Source of the DNA: a bacterium
GTDB taxonomy: Bacteria > Zhuqueibacterota > Zhuqueibacteria > Residuimicrobiales > Krinioviventaceae
Length of the DNA: 64,000 nucleotides
Direction of reading: 5' to 3'
Assembly (NCBI GenBank): GCA_963693055.1
Contig: OY843751.1
Coordinates: 6,080,001 to 6,144,000 of the forward strand
The notes below the pieces were generated by a model that worked only from the letters and a program-made list of their open reading frames with translations, searched no databases and was not told the origin of the DNA. Of the stretch, positions 26,819 to 36,476 are shown piece by piece. Position numbers and translations under genes: made by a program. How positions within the stretch are numbered: the stretch's first letter is position 1; each line of letters opens with the position of its first letter.

Positions 26819-29461
26819 ATGAAAAATTTATTTTGTAGCCAAAGAGATCTTAAAAATGAAGCAACTGTTGAAGCCTTATTTATTGATAGATTTCTTCAAC
26901 TATTAGGTTATGATGATAATAAGATAAAAAGAAAAGAAAGTATTGATGAAATTGTTATTGGTAGGGGCTCTAGTAAAGAAAAATACAAACCTGATTATGT
27001 TTTGCTTGATTCAAGAAATAAACCTATTATTATAATTGATGCAAAATCTCCAAAAATAAATGATATAAAAAAATATTACTATCAAATTAGCTCCTATGCA
27101 TTGGCATTAAATCAAAAGTATTGTGATGAGAACCCTGTATTATATACTATTTTAACAAACGGTCAATTCTTCATTGTTTATTCATGGGACAATAATCAAG
27201 CACTTTTTTATCTTCGTTTTGAAGATTTTACCTATAATAATGAAAAATTTTTAGAAATAAGATCTAATTTATCATATCATGCGTTTAAGCAAGTTGCCGC
27301 CACTGAAGGTGTCTTTGAGTTTAGAAGACCTGACTTAAATAAGCTCTTGAAAACATTTAATGATTGTCATAATTTAATTTGGAAAAAAGAAAAAATCAAT
27401 CCAACAGATGCTTTTTATGAATTTTCAAAAATTATGTTTATCAAAATTAGAGAAGATAATAAAATTCATAATATAATTGAAAGCGGTAATAACCCCCAAA
27501 AAAAAGATTTTATTTTTTCAACAAATTGGATTGATGAACAAAGTAAAGTTGAACCCCATCCAGTAAATTCAATATTATTTCGTCAAATACAAGAAGAACT
27601 AGAAAGACAAATTAGAGACAATAAGAAAAAACGTATTTTCGAAAAAAATGAAGGATTAGCACTAAAAGCAACTACTACTTATGAGGTTGTAAAAAAATTG
27701 CAGCACTTTGATTTATACGGAATTGATGAAGATCTAAATGGTAGAATGTTTGAAACTTTTTTAAATGCTACCGTTAGAGGAAAAGGATTAGGGCAATTTT
27801 TTACCCCTAGGGGGGTGGTCCATTATATGGTAGAAACATCCCCTATCTATATATCACTTGATAAATCATTACCTATTAGCGAAAGAATGCCATTTATAAT
27901 GGATGGTTGTTGTGGTAGCGGTGGATTTCTAATTGATGCTATGTCACAATTTATTAGACGAATAAATATAAATAGTTATTTATCTCAAACAGAAAAACAG
28001 CATTACTTGGAAGAAATAAAAAACAATCATCTTTATGGGATTGATGCTAATTCCAAGATAGCTAAAATTAGTAGATTAAATATGTATCTTCATGGTGACG
28101 GTGGTAGTAAAATATTCCAAGCTGATACATTAGATAAAGATTTATCAATTGAACTTGGAATAACCGAAGAAGAAAAAGAGGGTTTAATTGAATTAAAGAA
28201 ACTTCTTATTGAAGAAAAAAACAAGTTTGATATTATCTTAACAAATCCACCTTTTAGTATGAAATATAATTCAAATGATAAACATGAAGAAAGAATTTTA
28301 AATCAATATGATATAGCTAAATCACCAACTAACAATGTCTCTTCAACAGAAAAATCAAACGTTTTATTTTTGGAAAGATATCATGATTTACTAAAACCTA
28401 ATTCTGGTGAATTGTTAACTATAATAGATGATACTGTATTAAATGGTGAAAAAAGTCAAAAATATCGAGATTTCATTCTTGAAAATTTTAATATTATACA
28501 AATCATTTCTCTTCCCTTTAATACTTTTTTTAGAGCAGAAGCAAATATCAAAACTTCTATTATTCATCTAAGACGAAAAAAAAATAATGAAAAACAGGGT
28601 TCAATTTTTATGGCCATCACTAATAATATTGGACATGATGATCATAGTAACGATACACCTGATAGAAACAATCTACCTTTAACTGCAAAATACTTTGATA
28701 TGTGGAAAAATGGTGAAAATTTTGAGGATCAAATAATTTACAATGAAAATATTGATGAATCATTAAGTTGTCCTTTACAAATTTTTATTGTAAAACCTGA
28801 AAACTTGTATATTAGTAGACTTGATGCCTTTTATTATTCACCAGAATTAAAAAACATAAAAAATTTACTAAATAATAAAAATGATAAAGGTGAAATAATT
28901 ATTAAAAAAGGTAGTGACTTTAATATAATTAAAGAAACAAAAAAGGATGAAGAAAAACAATATTATGGTAATATTTTTAAATATTTTGAGATAGGTGACG
29001 TTACAATTGATGGTACTATTGTTAAACATCGAATTGATAATTTTGAAAATCTACCAACAAGAGCACGTCTCTTTGTTCAAGCTGGTGATGTTATTTTTGC
29101 CAAAAATAATAGTAGTAGGGGCACAACTGTTATTATCCCCAAATGGTTCGATAACAATTTTGTAACTACTGGTTTTATTGGTATAAGGCCAAACAATGAA
29201 GAAGAAGCATTATTATTATGGAATATATTTGAATCAGAGCTTTTTAGAAAACAAATTTACTATCTTTCTATTACCGCCTCTCAACCTGAAGTGCGTCATA
29301 CTATTTTTAAAAATGAAATACTTATTCCTTGGCCAGTAGACGACTCGTTAAAAGAAAAAATTCTTAATAATGTAAAAAAAATTGAAACTGCGAGAGGCAA
29401 TCTTACTGATGCCTTGATAAATGCAAAAGAAGAAATTAATAAATTAATAGAAATAAATTAA
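26819..29461 (+). CDS. Single-chain restriction-modification enzyme (PD-(D/E)xK nuclease, N6-adenine MTase, TRD; Type IIG-like)
   Basis: KPDYVL...IDAK; GQFFTP; DGCCGSGGFL (motif I); NPPF (motif IV); C-terminal HsdS-like GDVIFAK; strongly AT-rich. Confidence 0.85.
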   Translation: MKNLFCSQRDLKNEATVEALFIDRFLQLLGYDDNKIKRKESIDEIVIGRGSSKEKYKPDYVLLDSRNKPIIIIDAKSPKINDIKKYYYQISSYALALNQKYCDENPVLYTILTNGQFFIVYSWDNNQALFYLRFEDFTYNNEKFLEIRSNLSYHAFKQVAATEGVFEFRRPDLNKLLKTFNDCHNLIWKKEKINPTDAFYEFSKIMFIKIREDNKIHNIIESGNNPQKKDFIFSTNWIDEQSKVEPHPVNSILFRQIQEELERQIRDNKKKRIFEKNEGLALKATTTYEVVKKLQHFDLYGIDEDLNGRMFETFLNATVRGKGLGQFFTPRGVVHYMVETSPIYISLDKSLPISERMPFIMDGCCGSGGFLIDAMSQFIRRININSYLSQTEKQHYLEEIKNNHLYGIDANSKIAKISRLNMYLHGDGGSKIFQADTLDKDLSIELGITEEEKEGLIELKKLLIEEKNKFDIILTNPPFSMKYNSNDKHEERILNQYDIAKSPTNNVSSTEKSNVLFLERYHDLLKPNSGELLTIIDDTVLNGEKSQKYRDFILENFNIIQIISLPFNTFFRAEANIKTSIIHLRRKKNNEKQGSIFMAITNNIGHDDHSNDTPDRNNLPLTAKYFDMWKNGENFEDQIIYNENIDESLSCPLQIFIVKPENLYISRLDAFYYSPELKNIKNLLNNKNDKGEIIIKKGSDFNIIKETKKDEEKQYYGNIFKYFEIGDVTIDGTIVKHRIDNFENLPTRARLFVQAGDVIFAKNNSSRGTTVIIPKWFDNNFVTTGFIGIRPNNEEEALLLWNIFESELFRKQIYYLSITASQPEVRHTIFKNEILIPWPVDDSLKEKILNNVKKIETARGNLTDALINAKEEINKLIEIN

Positions 29462-29953
29462 ATGAAAAAAAACGTATTTCTACCCACTTATAAAGGTTGT
29501 TTTGTCTGCGGCGAGCACGATCATAATCCATCAACGCTCAATGTACGCTTTCGGGTAACAGACGAGGGTGTTGAAGTACCTTTTACTACCACCTTTCGTC
29601 AGGCGGGTTACCAGGGTGTTGTTCATGGGGGTGTAATCTCTGCTCTGTTGGATGAAACCATTGGCTGGGCCGTAGCTGTGGAAACCAAAAAATATTTCAT
29701 GACTGGCGAGCTAAATGTTCGCTTTGTTCGTCCCTTACCTGTGGACCTTGATATTATGGTCAAAGGACGCTTTGTGGAAAACAAGAAACGGTTTTCCACT
29801 GCCGAGGGTGAAATTGTGGACAAGGACGGCACCATCTATGCCAAAGCCACGGGCAAGTTCTTTCCCATGCCGGAAGAGTTTACAAAAAATGTCAAAGACT
29901 ATTTGACCTTTCAGGAAAATGATCTCGACATCCTCACCGGAGAACATAAATAA
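29462..29953 (+). CDS. PaaI family hotdog thioesterase
   Basis: CFVCG..N, HGGVISALLDE, LNVRFVRP. Confidence 0.88.
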   Translation: MKKNVFLPTYKGCFVCGEHDHNPSTLNVRFRVTDEGVEVPFTTTFRQAGYQGVVHGGVISALLDETIGWAVAVETKKYFMTGELNVRFVRPLPVDLDIMVKGRFVENKKRFSTAEGEIVDKDGTIYAKATGKFFPMPEEFTKNVKDYLTFQENDLDILTGEHK

Positions 29954-29973
29954 AAAAAATAGAATCCCCAAAA

Positions 29974-30002
29974 ATCGTGGCAGAGATGTTCTCTGTCACG
30001 AT
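29974..30002. terminator. Hairpin between convergent genes
   Basis: ATCGTGGCAGAGA-TGT-TCTCTGTCACGAT. Confidence 0.65.
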
Positions 30003-30034
30003 AACTATTATAATTTTCAATCCCCGAAATGATC

Positions 30035-30451
30035 TTATTTCCAATTGCTAATGTCCTTCTTGAACGCCAAAAAAGTTGGTAAAAGTTCTTTTACAAGTGG
30101 AGTAATGCGTTCAGGATATAAATCTAAAGCATAAGCATGAGTAAAAAAATGTCGAAAAGCCAAGAATCCACCTAAAACATTTTTTAATTCTTTGGAAATG
30201 ATTTTATTTTCGACCGCCAATCCCAACATCTCTTTATGCCAGGAAGATCCTGATGGTATATCAATCTTTTCATATTTGGATATTTGTTTTATTATATTTT
30301 CAATGCCATTATAAAAATTATGCAATAAAGTAGCAACTCCGGCAAGCTCAAGAGTAGATAATTCAGGCAACATTTCTGCCGGTGGTAATTCTTTGATCAA
30401 TAATTCAATATTTTTCAATTCAAGGCTAATTTTTTCTTTCAGAGCCAGCAT
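30035..30451 (-). CDS. HEPN-domain toxin of an MNT-HEPN pair
   Basis: LHNFYNGIE, WHKEML, FRHFFTHAY (Rx4HxY). Confidence 0.85.
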   Translation of the reverse strand: MLALKEKISLELKNIELLIKELPPAEMLPELSTLELAGVATLLHNFYNGIENIIKQISKYEKIDIPSGSSWHKEMLGLAVENKIISKELKNVLGGFLAFRHFFTHAYALDLYPERITPLVKELLPTFLAFKKDISNWK

Positions 30452-30713
30452 ACAAAACCACCCCTTCTTTTAGTATGATATCCTTGAAAAGGCTTTTCTT
30501 GTCCAAATCAATCAGATCCACAGGTTTGGAAAGATTAAAAATCAAATCACCATAAAATTTAAAATAGTCCGAGTCCTGGACCCCCTCTACTGCCAAATCA
30601 ATATCTTGAGCGTTTGAATCAGATTGTAAACTACTACCAAAAAGCAAAATTCTGGAAACTTTGTATTTTACACCCAGTCTGATTATTTTCTTTTTATCTG
30701 TATCATTCAACAT
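30426..30713 (-). CDS. Minimal nucleotidyltransferase antitoxin
   Basis: LLFGS...DIDLAV...PVDLID; overlaps the HEPN gene. Confidence 0.85.
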   Translation of the reverse strand: MLNDTDKKKIIRLGVKYKVSRILLFGSSLQSDSNAQDIDLAVEGVQDSDYFKFYGDLIFNLSKPVDLIDLDKKSLFKDIILKEGVVLYAGSERKN

Positions 30714-30870
30714 TATATAGTTCCTTTTTATAAAATACAATGTAATTATACCATAGGCAAGAAAATTCTCTTTCCTGTTTGGAATAGCGGGCATTCAATT
30801 TTAATCAAAATTTCATTTTGTAATTAATTAGATTTACCTTAACTTCTCTTTTCTTAAAAAGGAGACCATC

Positions 30871-32355
30871 ATGCCAGAGTGGGCCGCTAACCGCATCGGA
30901 TATCAATGTTTTATAGACAGTTTTGCCATTGGCAATCAATCCGTTTATGACAAAGCTTTACTTTACCCGGAAACCGTTTACGGAGAAAAAACCCGTCTGC
31001 TGGACTGGGGAGAAGAATTTGACCGCTACAGCTACGGTTACAGCTTTTACGGTGGTGACCTGCCCGGTGTAAGTCAAAATGTCTCGGCGTATTTATCCAC
31101 TCTGGGCATTGATCTGCTTTATCTCACCCCCATATTCAAAGCCAACACCAACCATAAATACGATACTATGAACTATCGCCAAATAGATCCGCAATTCGGT
31201 TCGCTTGAAGATTTTAAATCTCTGGTACAAAACTGTCATGACCACAATATTCGCCTGATCATAGATGGTGTGTTCAACCACACCAGTAAAGAGCATCCCT
31301 GGTTTTTAAAAGCATTAAAGGGAGAGCAACCCTTTACAAAATATTATAAAAAGAACAAAGACGGCTATTACCTGTTCTGGTCCGGTATAGATACACTGCC
31401 GCTGCTCAGTCATGACAGTGAGGATATACGTAAAGAACTTTACGAGTCTCCGCATAGCGTAATCAGCTACTGGCTCGAACAGGGCGCAGACGGCTGGCGT
31501 CTGGATGTTGCAGAAGAACTGGGCCACTCTGTTATCCGCAATATAAAGACGGCAATGCGAGAACGTCATCCTGAAAAGCTCTTGATCGGCGAGGTCATGG
31601 AAACCTATGGTAAAAGCTGGTTAGGTAACGATCTTCTGGATGGTGTAATGAACTATGTATTCCTTGGCACCACTGTCAATTTTCTTACGGATAAAATTGA
31701 CGGCATCAATTATATGGACGAGCTGGTCAAAATGTATAATGAATACCCCAAGCCCCAACTCTTTACCAGTTGGAATCTCATAAGCAGTCACGATACCAAC
31801 CGCATGCTATACCAGGTAGACGGAAACGAAAATCTGTTCAAAATGGCAGTAACGCTGCAATTTACATATCCCGGTACACCCATGATTTATTATGGTGACG
31901 AATTGGGTATAATACCCGGGAAAAAAGATGAAAGCAATCGTCGGGGTATGGACTGGTCTGGTGCGGACTGGGTAACTCTTAAAGCCCCTGAACCGTGGAA
32001 ACACATTCAAAGTATGGACTGGCAGCGGGCAAACCATTATAACAGCATTCACTTTTTTTACAAGCATTTGATCTGGCTGCGCAGAAATAATCCCGCATTG
32101 ATAGACGGAGAATTCATCCCTCTCTATTCCGATGAATCTACCCTGGTGTTTCTCAGACGCAAAGACAACAATCTGGTGGCGGTGATCGTCAACAAGGGCG
32201 CTTCCCGTAATATAAAAATACCTGTTCCTGATGAAATACGCCAAATGGCTCAAGTACTGAAGAACGAGCATGGGCCGTTAAATCAACTGGATCTTACCCG
32301 TGATTCTGTTGAAATCCAACTTTATAAAGAAAATACCTGTATATTTTCCGGCTAG
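30871..32355 (+). CDS. GH13 cyclomaltodextrinase/neopullulanase-like glycosidase
   Basis: GGDL.G, NHKYDT, DGVFNH, DGWRLDVA, GEV, SSHD, YYGDE. Confidence 0.9.
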   Translation: MPEWAANRIGYQCFIDSFAIGNQSVYDKALLYPETVYGEKTRLLDWGEEFDRYSYGYSFYGGDLPGVSQNVSAYLSTLGIDLLYLTPIFKANTNHKYDTMNYRQIDPQFGSLEDFKSLVQNCHDHNIRLIIDGVFNHTSKEHPWFLKALKGEQPFTKYYKKNKDGYYLFWSGIDTLPLLSHDSEDIRKELYESPHSVISYWLEQGADGWRLDVAEELGHSVIRNIKTAMRERHPEKLLIGEVMETYGKSWLGNDLLDGVMNYVFLGTTVNFLTDKIDGINYMDELVKMYNEYPKPQLFTSWNLISSHDTNRMLYQVDGNENLFKMAVTLQFTYPGTPMIYYGDELGIIPGKKDESNRRGMDWSGADWVTLKAPEPWKHIQSMDWQRANHYNSIHFFYKHLIWLRRNNPALIDGEFIPLYSDESTLVFLRRKDNNLVAVIVNKGASRNIKIPVPDEIRQMAQVLKNEHGPLNQLDLTRDSVEIQLYKENTCIFSG

Positions 32356-32466
32356 TGCTTTTTTTATCAAACTGAGAATAAATCAAACTAACCAATAGTT
32401 AATATTGATTTTAATTCTGATAAACCGTATATTTTCAGGTAGTTTGTCTGTAAAGGAAAAAAACTG

Positions 32467-32988
32467 ATGAAAAAAATATTTTTATTTCTGGTTTTCCTGG
32501 TTTCCGGTTTTACCACGGCACAAGACAATCCATTCAAACAACTTGACTTTCTCATCGGGAACTGGCAGGGTACAGACAGTGGTTTTGGGAATGAAACCCC
32601 TGTGATACGGTCAGAATTCAACCGGGTTATGAATAATACTTTTATAGAACTTGAAAACAATTCTAAATTCAAACCAACGGATAATAATCACAAGGGAGAA
32701 CATCTTACAGATTGGGGCATGGTCAGTTTTGATAAAAGCAGAAAAAAGATCGTTTTCCGCCAGTTTATTAATGAAGGTTTTGTAAATCAATATATACTTG
32801 TTGATCCTTTATCAAATGACACATCCCTGGTATTTATGACAGAATCAATTAAAAATTTTATGCCAGGTGGTAAAGCCAGATGGACCATAAACCGTAAATC
32901 TGAAAACGCTATTGAAACTATATTTGATGTTTCTTTTCCTGGTAAAGAATACGCCTGTTTCGGTACAAATCAATTAAACAAAAAGTAA
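32467..32988 (+). CDS. Secreted beta-barrel hypothetical protein
   Basis: Signal peptide; LDFLIGNWQG N-terminal motif. Confidence 0.65.
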   Translation: MKKIFLFLVFLVSGFTTAQDNPFKQLDFLIGNWQGTDSGFGNETPVIRSEFNRVMNNTFIELENNSKFKPTDNNHKGEHLTDWGMVSFDKSRKKIVFRQFINEGFVNQYILVDPLSNDTSLVFMTESIKNFMPGGKARWTINRKSENAIETIFDVSFPGKEYACFGTNQLNKK

Positions 32989-33157
32989 CTTAACAAATCC
33001 ATAATTTTTAATATTTTTGCAACTGTAAAACATTGCAAAAATATGTTTTGAAACTTGATTTTTGTAAAATATTTCCCCAATATTAAGTATAATATATACA
33101 TACAAATGAATTGTATTAATATTTATAATATTCCTATTAATTATTCGGAGTGTAACT

Positions 33158-34579
33158 ATGAGTGAAGAAAAAAAAGATCAGACTCCTGCAAAATCAGGTG
33201 GTGGTCTTGATCGTCGTGATTTTTTACAGGGTCTGGCAACTGCACCTGTATTAGGTGCATTTGGATTGGCTCTGGGAAATCAAATCAATTTTGACAAAAA
33301 ACAAAAAGAAAAAGTTCTGGCAAACCAAATGGAAGCAGCTGACCTGCCAAAAACAAACGTTGCTTTGCTTGGTGCAGGCTCTCAAGGTCAGGTGTTGATG
33401 AATGCCATGTTGAAACTGCCGTATGTAAACTTTGTTGCAGTTTGTGATATTTGGGAAGAATTTAATCTGATTCGTGCTACCAGAACATTAAAAGCATACA
33501 AACATGATGTACGCAGCTATACCGATTACAAAGAAATGCTGGCAAAAGAAAAAGACAATCTTGACGCCGTTGTTGTAGCTACTCCGGATTTCTGGCATGC
33601 AACACATGCTATTGCCTGCCTTGAAGCCGGATTAGATGTTTACTGTGAAAAAGAAATGTCTAACACCCTTGAAGGCGCTCGCAGCATGGTAGAAGCTGCC
33701 CGCCGTACAGGGAAAAAATTACAGATTGGGCATCAACGCCGCAGCCATCCTCGTTATCGCCATTGTTATGACAAAATTATCTCTGAAGCAGAAATGCTCG
33801 GACGCATTGTTACCGTCAACGGTCAATGGAACCGTTCCGTAACACCTCCACTGGGTTACCCGAAACGCGCTGCCATGCCCAAAGAAAGATTAAAAAAATA
33901 CGGTTTTGAATCCATGGAACAATTCCGCAACTGGCGCTGGTTCAAAGGCCTGGGTGGTGGAGCGATTGTAGATTTGGGTTCTCACCAGATTGATATTTAC
34001 AGCTGGTTCCTGCAAGCCAATCCCAAAGCTGTTATGGCAAGCGGTGGTAATGATTATTATCCTACTGATGTTTGTGAATGGTACGATACAGTAATGGTAG
34101 TATATGAATATGATACTCCCAAAGGTCCTGCCCGTGCATACTATCAGACCCAGACTACTAACGGCAGCCAGGGTTACTATGAAAAATTTATGGGTGACGA
34201 AGGTACCTTGATTATTTCCGAATCCGAGGCCAACAACAAAGGCGCGGTATATCGCGAATCTACAGCTCCGGCATGGGACCAATGGGTAGAAAAAGGTTAT
34301 ATCTCTGCTCCCAAGATCCATACCCCCGGTGCAGAGCCCGATGTTGTACTGGATGTACGTGAAACAGCAACACCCGATGAACACAAAATCCCGGTTGATT
34401 TTAATGATCTGTATCATCGCCCTCACCTGGACAATTTTTTCCAGGCTGTACATGGCCAGGCCGAACTCAACTGCCCGCCTGAAATTGGATACGAAACCGC
34501 AGTTGCAGTTCTCAAAGTAAACGAAGCCATTAAAGCTCAGAAACGATTGGAATTCAAACCAGAAGAATTTCACATCTAA
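33158..34579 (+). CDS. Tat-exported Gfo/Idh/MocA oxidoreductase
   Basis: DRRDFL Tat motif; LGAGSQG; ATPDFWH; YCEKEM; DLGSHQID. Confidence 0.9.
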   Translation: MSEEKKDQTPAKSGGGLDRRDFLQGLATAPVLGAFGLALGNQINFDKKQKEKVLANQMEAADLPKTNVALLGAGSQGQVLMNAMLKLPYVNFVAVCDIWEEFNLIRATRTLKAYKHDVRSYTDYKEMLAKEKDNLDAVVVATPDFWHATHAIACLEAGLDVYCEKEMSNTLEGARSMVEAARRTGKKLQIGHQRRSHPRYRHCYDKIISEAEMLGRIVTVNGQWNRSVTPPLGYPKRAAMPKERLKKYGFESMEQFRNWRWFKGLGGGAIVDLGSHQIDIYSWFLQANPKAVMASGGNDYYPTDVCEWYDTVMVVYEYDTPKGPARAYYQTQTTNGSQGYYEKFMGDEGTLIISESEANNKGAVYRESTAPAWDQWVEKGYISAPKIHTPGAEPDVVLDVRETATPDEHKIPVDFNDLYHRPHLDNFFQAVHGQAELNCPPEIGYETAVAVLKVNEAIKAQKRLEFKPEEFHI

Positions 34580-34628
34580 ATCCTGAAGTCGCGATGAACC
34601 GTATTAAACCGAAAGGAAAATCACAGTA

Positions 34629-35114
34629 ATGAGTTTAGATAAAAATAATAAACTGCAAATGACCGCTCTTACTATTTTAAGAGTTTTGGTCGGCTGGCAT
34701 TTTCTGTATGAAGGAATTGCCAAATTAATGAAAGACGGCTGGTCAGCTGCCGGATATCTGGGACAAGCCAAGGGTGCTTTTGCTCCAATTTTTCATTGGA
34801 TTGCCGATACCCCTGCTGTATTGGATATTGTTAACCAAATGAACATTTGGGGCTTGATTGCAATCGGATTGGGTCTGATCATGGGTGCGTTTACCACAAT
34901 AGCTAGTATTGCGGGTATGATGCTCATTCTATTGTATTATGTATGTAATCCACCATTTACCGGATTATTTTACTCTCTTCCATCTGAAGGTAATTATCTG
35001 ATTGTGAATAAAAACCTGGTAGAATTTGGCGCCTTGTTTGTTCTTGCTGTTACATCCAGTGGAAAATTTTTAGGATTAGATTTAATTATAAGTAAGCTCT
35101 TGAAACGGAAATAA
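34629..35114 (+). CDS. DoxX family membrane protein
   Basis: LRVLVGWHFLYEGIAK, EGNYLIVNKNLVE. Confidence 0.88.
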   Translation: MSLDKNNKLQMTALTILRVLVGWHFLYEGIAKLMKDGWSAAGYLGQAKGAFAPIFHWIADTPAVLDIVNQMNIWGLIAIGLGLIMGAFTTIASIAGMMLILLYYVCNPPFTGLFYSLPSEGNYLIVNKNLVEFGALFVLAVTSSGKFLGLDLIISKLLKRK

Positions 35115-35142
35115 TCCTTTATTTGCACTGTTTTTAATATTA

Positions 35143-35175
35143 ACGCCCCCTGAAGCTATCACAGGGGGCGTATTT
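35143..35175 (+). terminator. Terminator after doxX
   Basis: ACGCCCCCTG...CAGGGGGCGT. Confidence 0.65.
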
Positions 35176-35842
35176 GTTTAAACCTGTTTGGAGGGTACTG
35201 GTGCAATATAATAAAATTATCCAAATTGCTTTATTTACATGTCTGACACATTTATGGGGTCCTTACACTTCCGTTGCCCAATACGGTCATACTGAACTGA
35301 ATATTCAAAACATCCTGTCTCCAATGCAAATCACACCAACTCCACGGAAACAATTTTTATTGGAAAAGCAAGACAATGTACTGCTTGCCAGCAAGATCAT
35401 TGGTGTAGCATCCGGCAGCACACTTGGGGTGTTGAATGTTTACTGGAACCAGAATAACAAATTAAATAAAAAACTTCCCACCTGGAAAAGTGTCTTGTAC
35501 ACTGTTCCGGTGTGCCTGGTGGGCTCTTATGTGGGTTATCAAACATCCGAATGGGCAGCCCAACAATTTATGGATAAAGATTTAAACATGGGTGAATCTC
35601 TGTTTTACGGTGTTGTTTATGGTGCAATTGACGGGGCAGCGGTTCTCTCGTCCAGTTTATTTACGGCATTCATCATTGGTCACTATACCGACACCATTCG
35701 TTTCAACTTTCAAAACCAAAGCTGGATGCCGGTCAAGATTTTGGGTATCTCCCTTGGTGGCGGGTTGGTATATGGTGGTCTCATTGGAGGCGTTGCCGGA
35801 CTTGCAGCTGGACCAACCATTCATTTATATGTTCAGTTCTAA
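35174..35842 (+). CDS. Hypothetical Gly-rich membrane protein
   Basis: Long ORF with hydrophobic, Gly-rich helices; start uncertain. Confidence 0.55.
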   Translation: MFKPVWRVLVQYNKIIQIALFTCLTHLWGPYTSVAQYGHTELNIQNILSPMQITPTPRKQFLLEKQDNVLLASKIIGVASGSTLGVLNVYWNQNNKLNKKLPTWKSVLYTVPVCLVGSYVGYQTSEWAAQQFMDKDLNMGESLFYGVVYGAIDGAAVLSSSLFTAFIIGHYTDTIRFNFQNQSWMPVKILGISLGGGLVYGGLIGGVAGLAAGPTIHLYVQF

Positions 35843-35929
35843 TTCGGAATCCTTTTCATATATTTATTATTTTATTGACTTTGGTGTTGTATTCGTTAAA
35901 TTTAAATATATATAACTTTGAGGAAAGCA

Positions 35930-36172
35930 ATGTTATTGGAATATATTCAAAAAGCCATGGACTACGCCAGGTATGAAATTCTGGATGATGATCACTCTTA
36001 TTATGGAGAAATTCAAGAGTGTAATGGCGTTTATGCGAATGCAGAATCACTTGAATTATGTAGAAAAGAACTATAGCAGGTTTTGGAAGACTGGTTGATT
36101 TTCAGAATATATAAAAACCTTACCATTCCATCAATTGCGGGTGTAACCATTACTATTAAAAAAGTAGCCTGA
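35930..36172 (+). pseudogene. hicB: HicB-family antitoxin with an in-frame TAG at codon 49
   Basis: MLLEYIQKAMDYARYEILDDDHSYYGEIQECNGVYANAESLELCRKEL*QVLEDWLIFRIYKNLTIPSI...; GAGG RBS; TAG 36074-36076; TGATG coupling to hicA. Confidence 0.85.
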
Positions 36173-36390
36173 TGCCTCCATTCGGACTGGTTAAAAGAAG
36201 AGACATTATCAAATACCTGATTAAATTTGGATTTAAAGAGCCTTATAGCGGTGGAAAGCACCAATTTATGATAAAAGATTCAATAACATTAACCATTCCA
36301 AATCTCCACACTAAAGAAATTGGAAAAGAATTACTGGTCAGAATATTACGCCAAACCGGCATTAGTAAAAAAGTATGGGGAGAATTGTAA
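36172..36390 (+). CDS. hicA: HicA-family mRNA interferase toxin
   Basis: LIKFGF..PYSGGKHQFM...LTIPN.H...IG..L..RILRQ. Confidence 0.85.
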   Translation: MPPFGLVKRRDIIKYLIKFGFKEPYSGGKHQFMIKDSITLTIPNLHTKEIGKELLVRILRQTGISKKVWGEL

Positions 36391-36476
36391 TATTTTATAA
36401 AAAAATAACAACTGTTACTTTCCAAATAATTTTAATAGATGTTTATCATTTTGAATACTTTTTAAGGGCTCACATT

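Noticed and set aside
33011-33044. Inverted repeat ATATTTTTGCAA...TTGCAAAAATAT as a novel element
   Set aside because: AT-rich, single copy, just after a stop codon; most simply a terminator or operator
33890-34573. 227-aa antisense ORF and similar shadow ORFs (e.g. 47626-48270, 14958-15506, 46576-47115)
   Set aside because: They lie opposite well-supported genes and show no recognisable motifs
36074-36076. Pyrrolysine or genome-wide TAG recoding in hicB
   Set aside because: TAG terminates normal genes here (e.g. 5003, 17018, 32355) and no pyl genes are in the window
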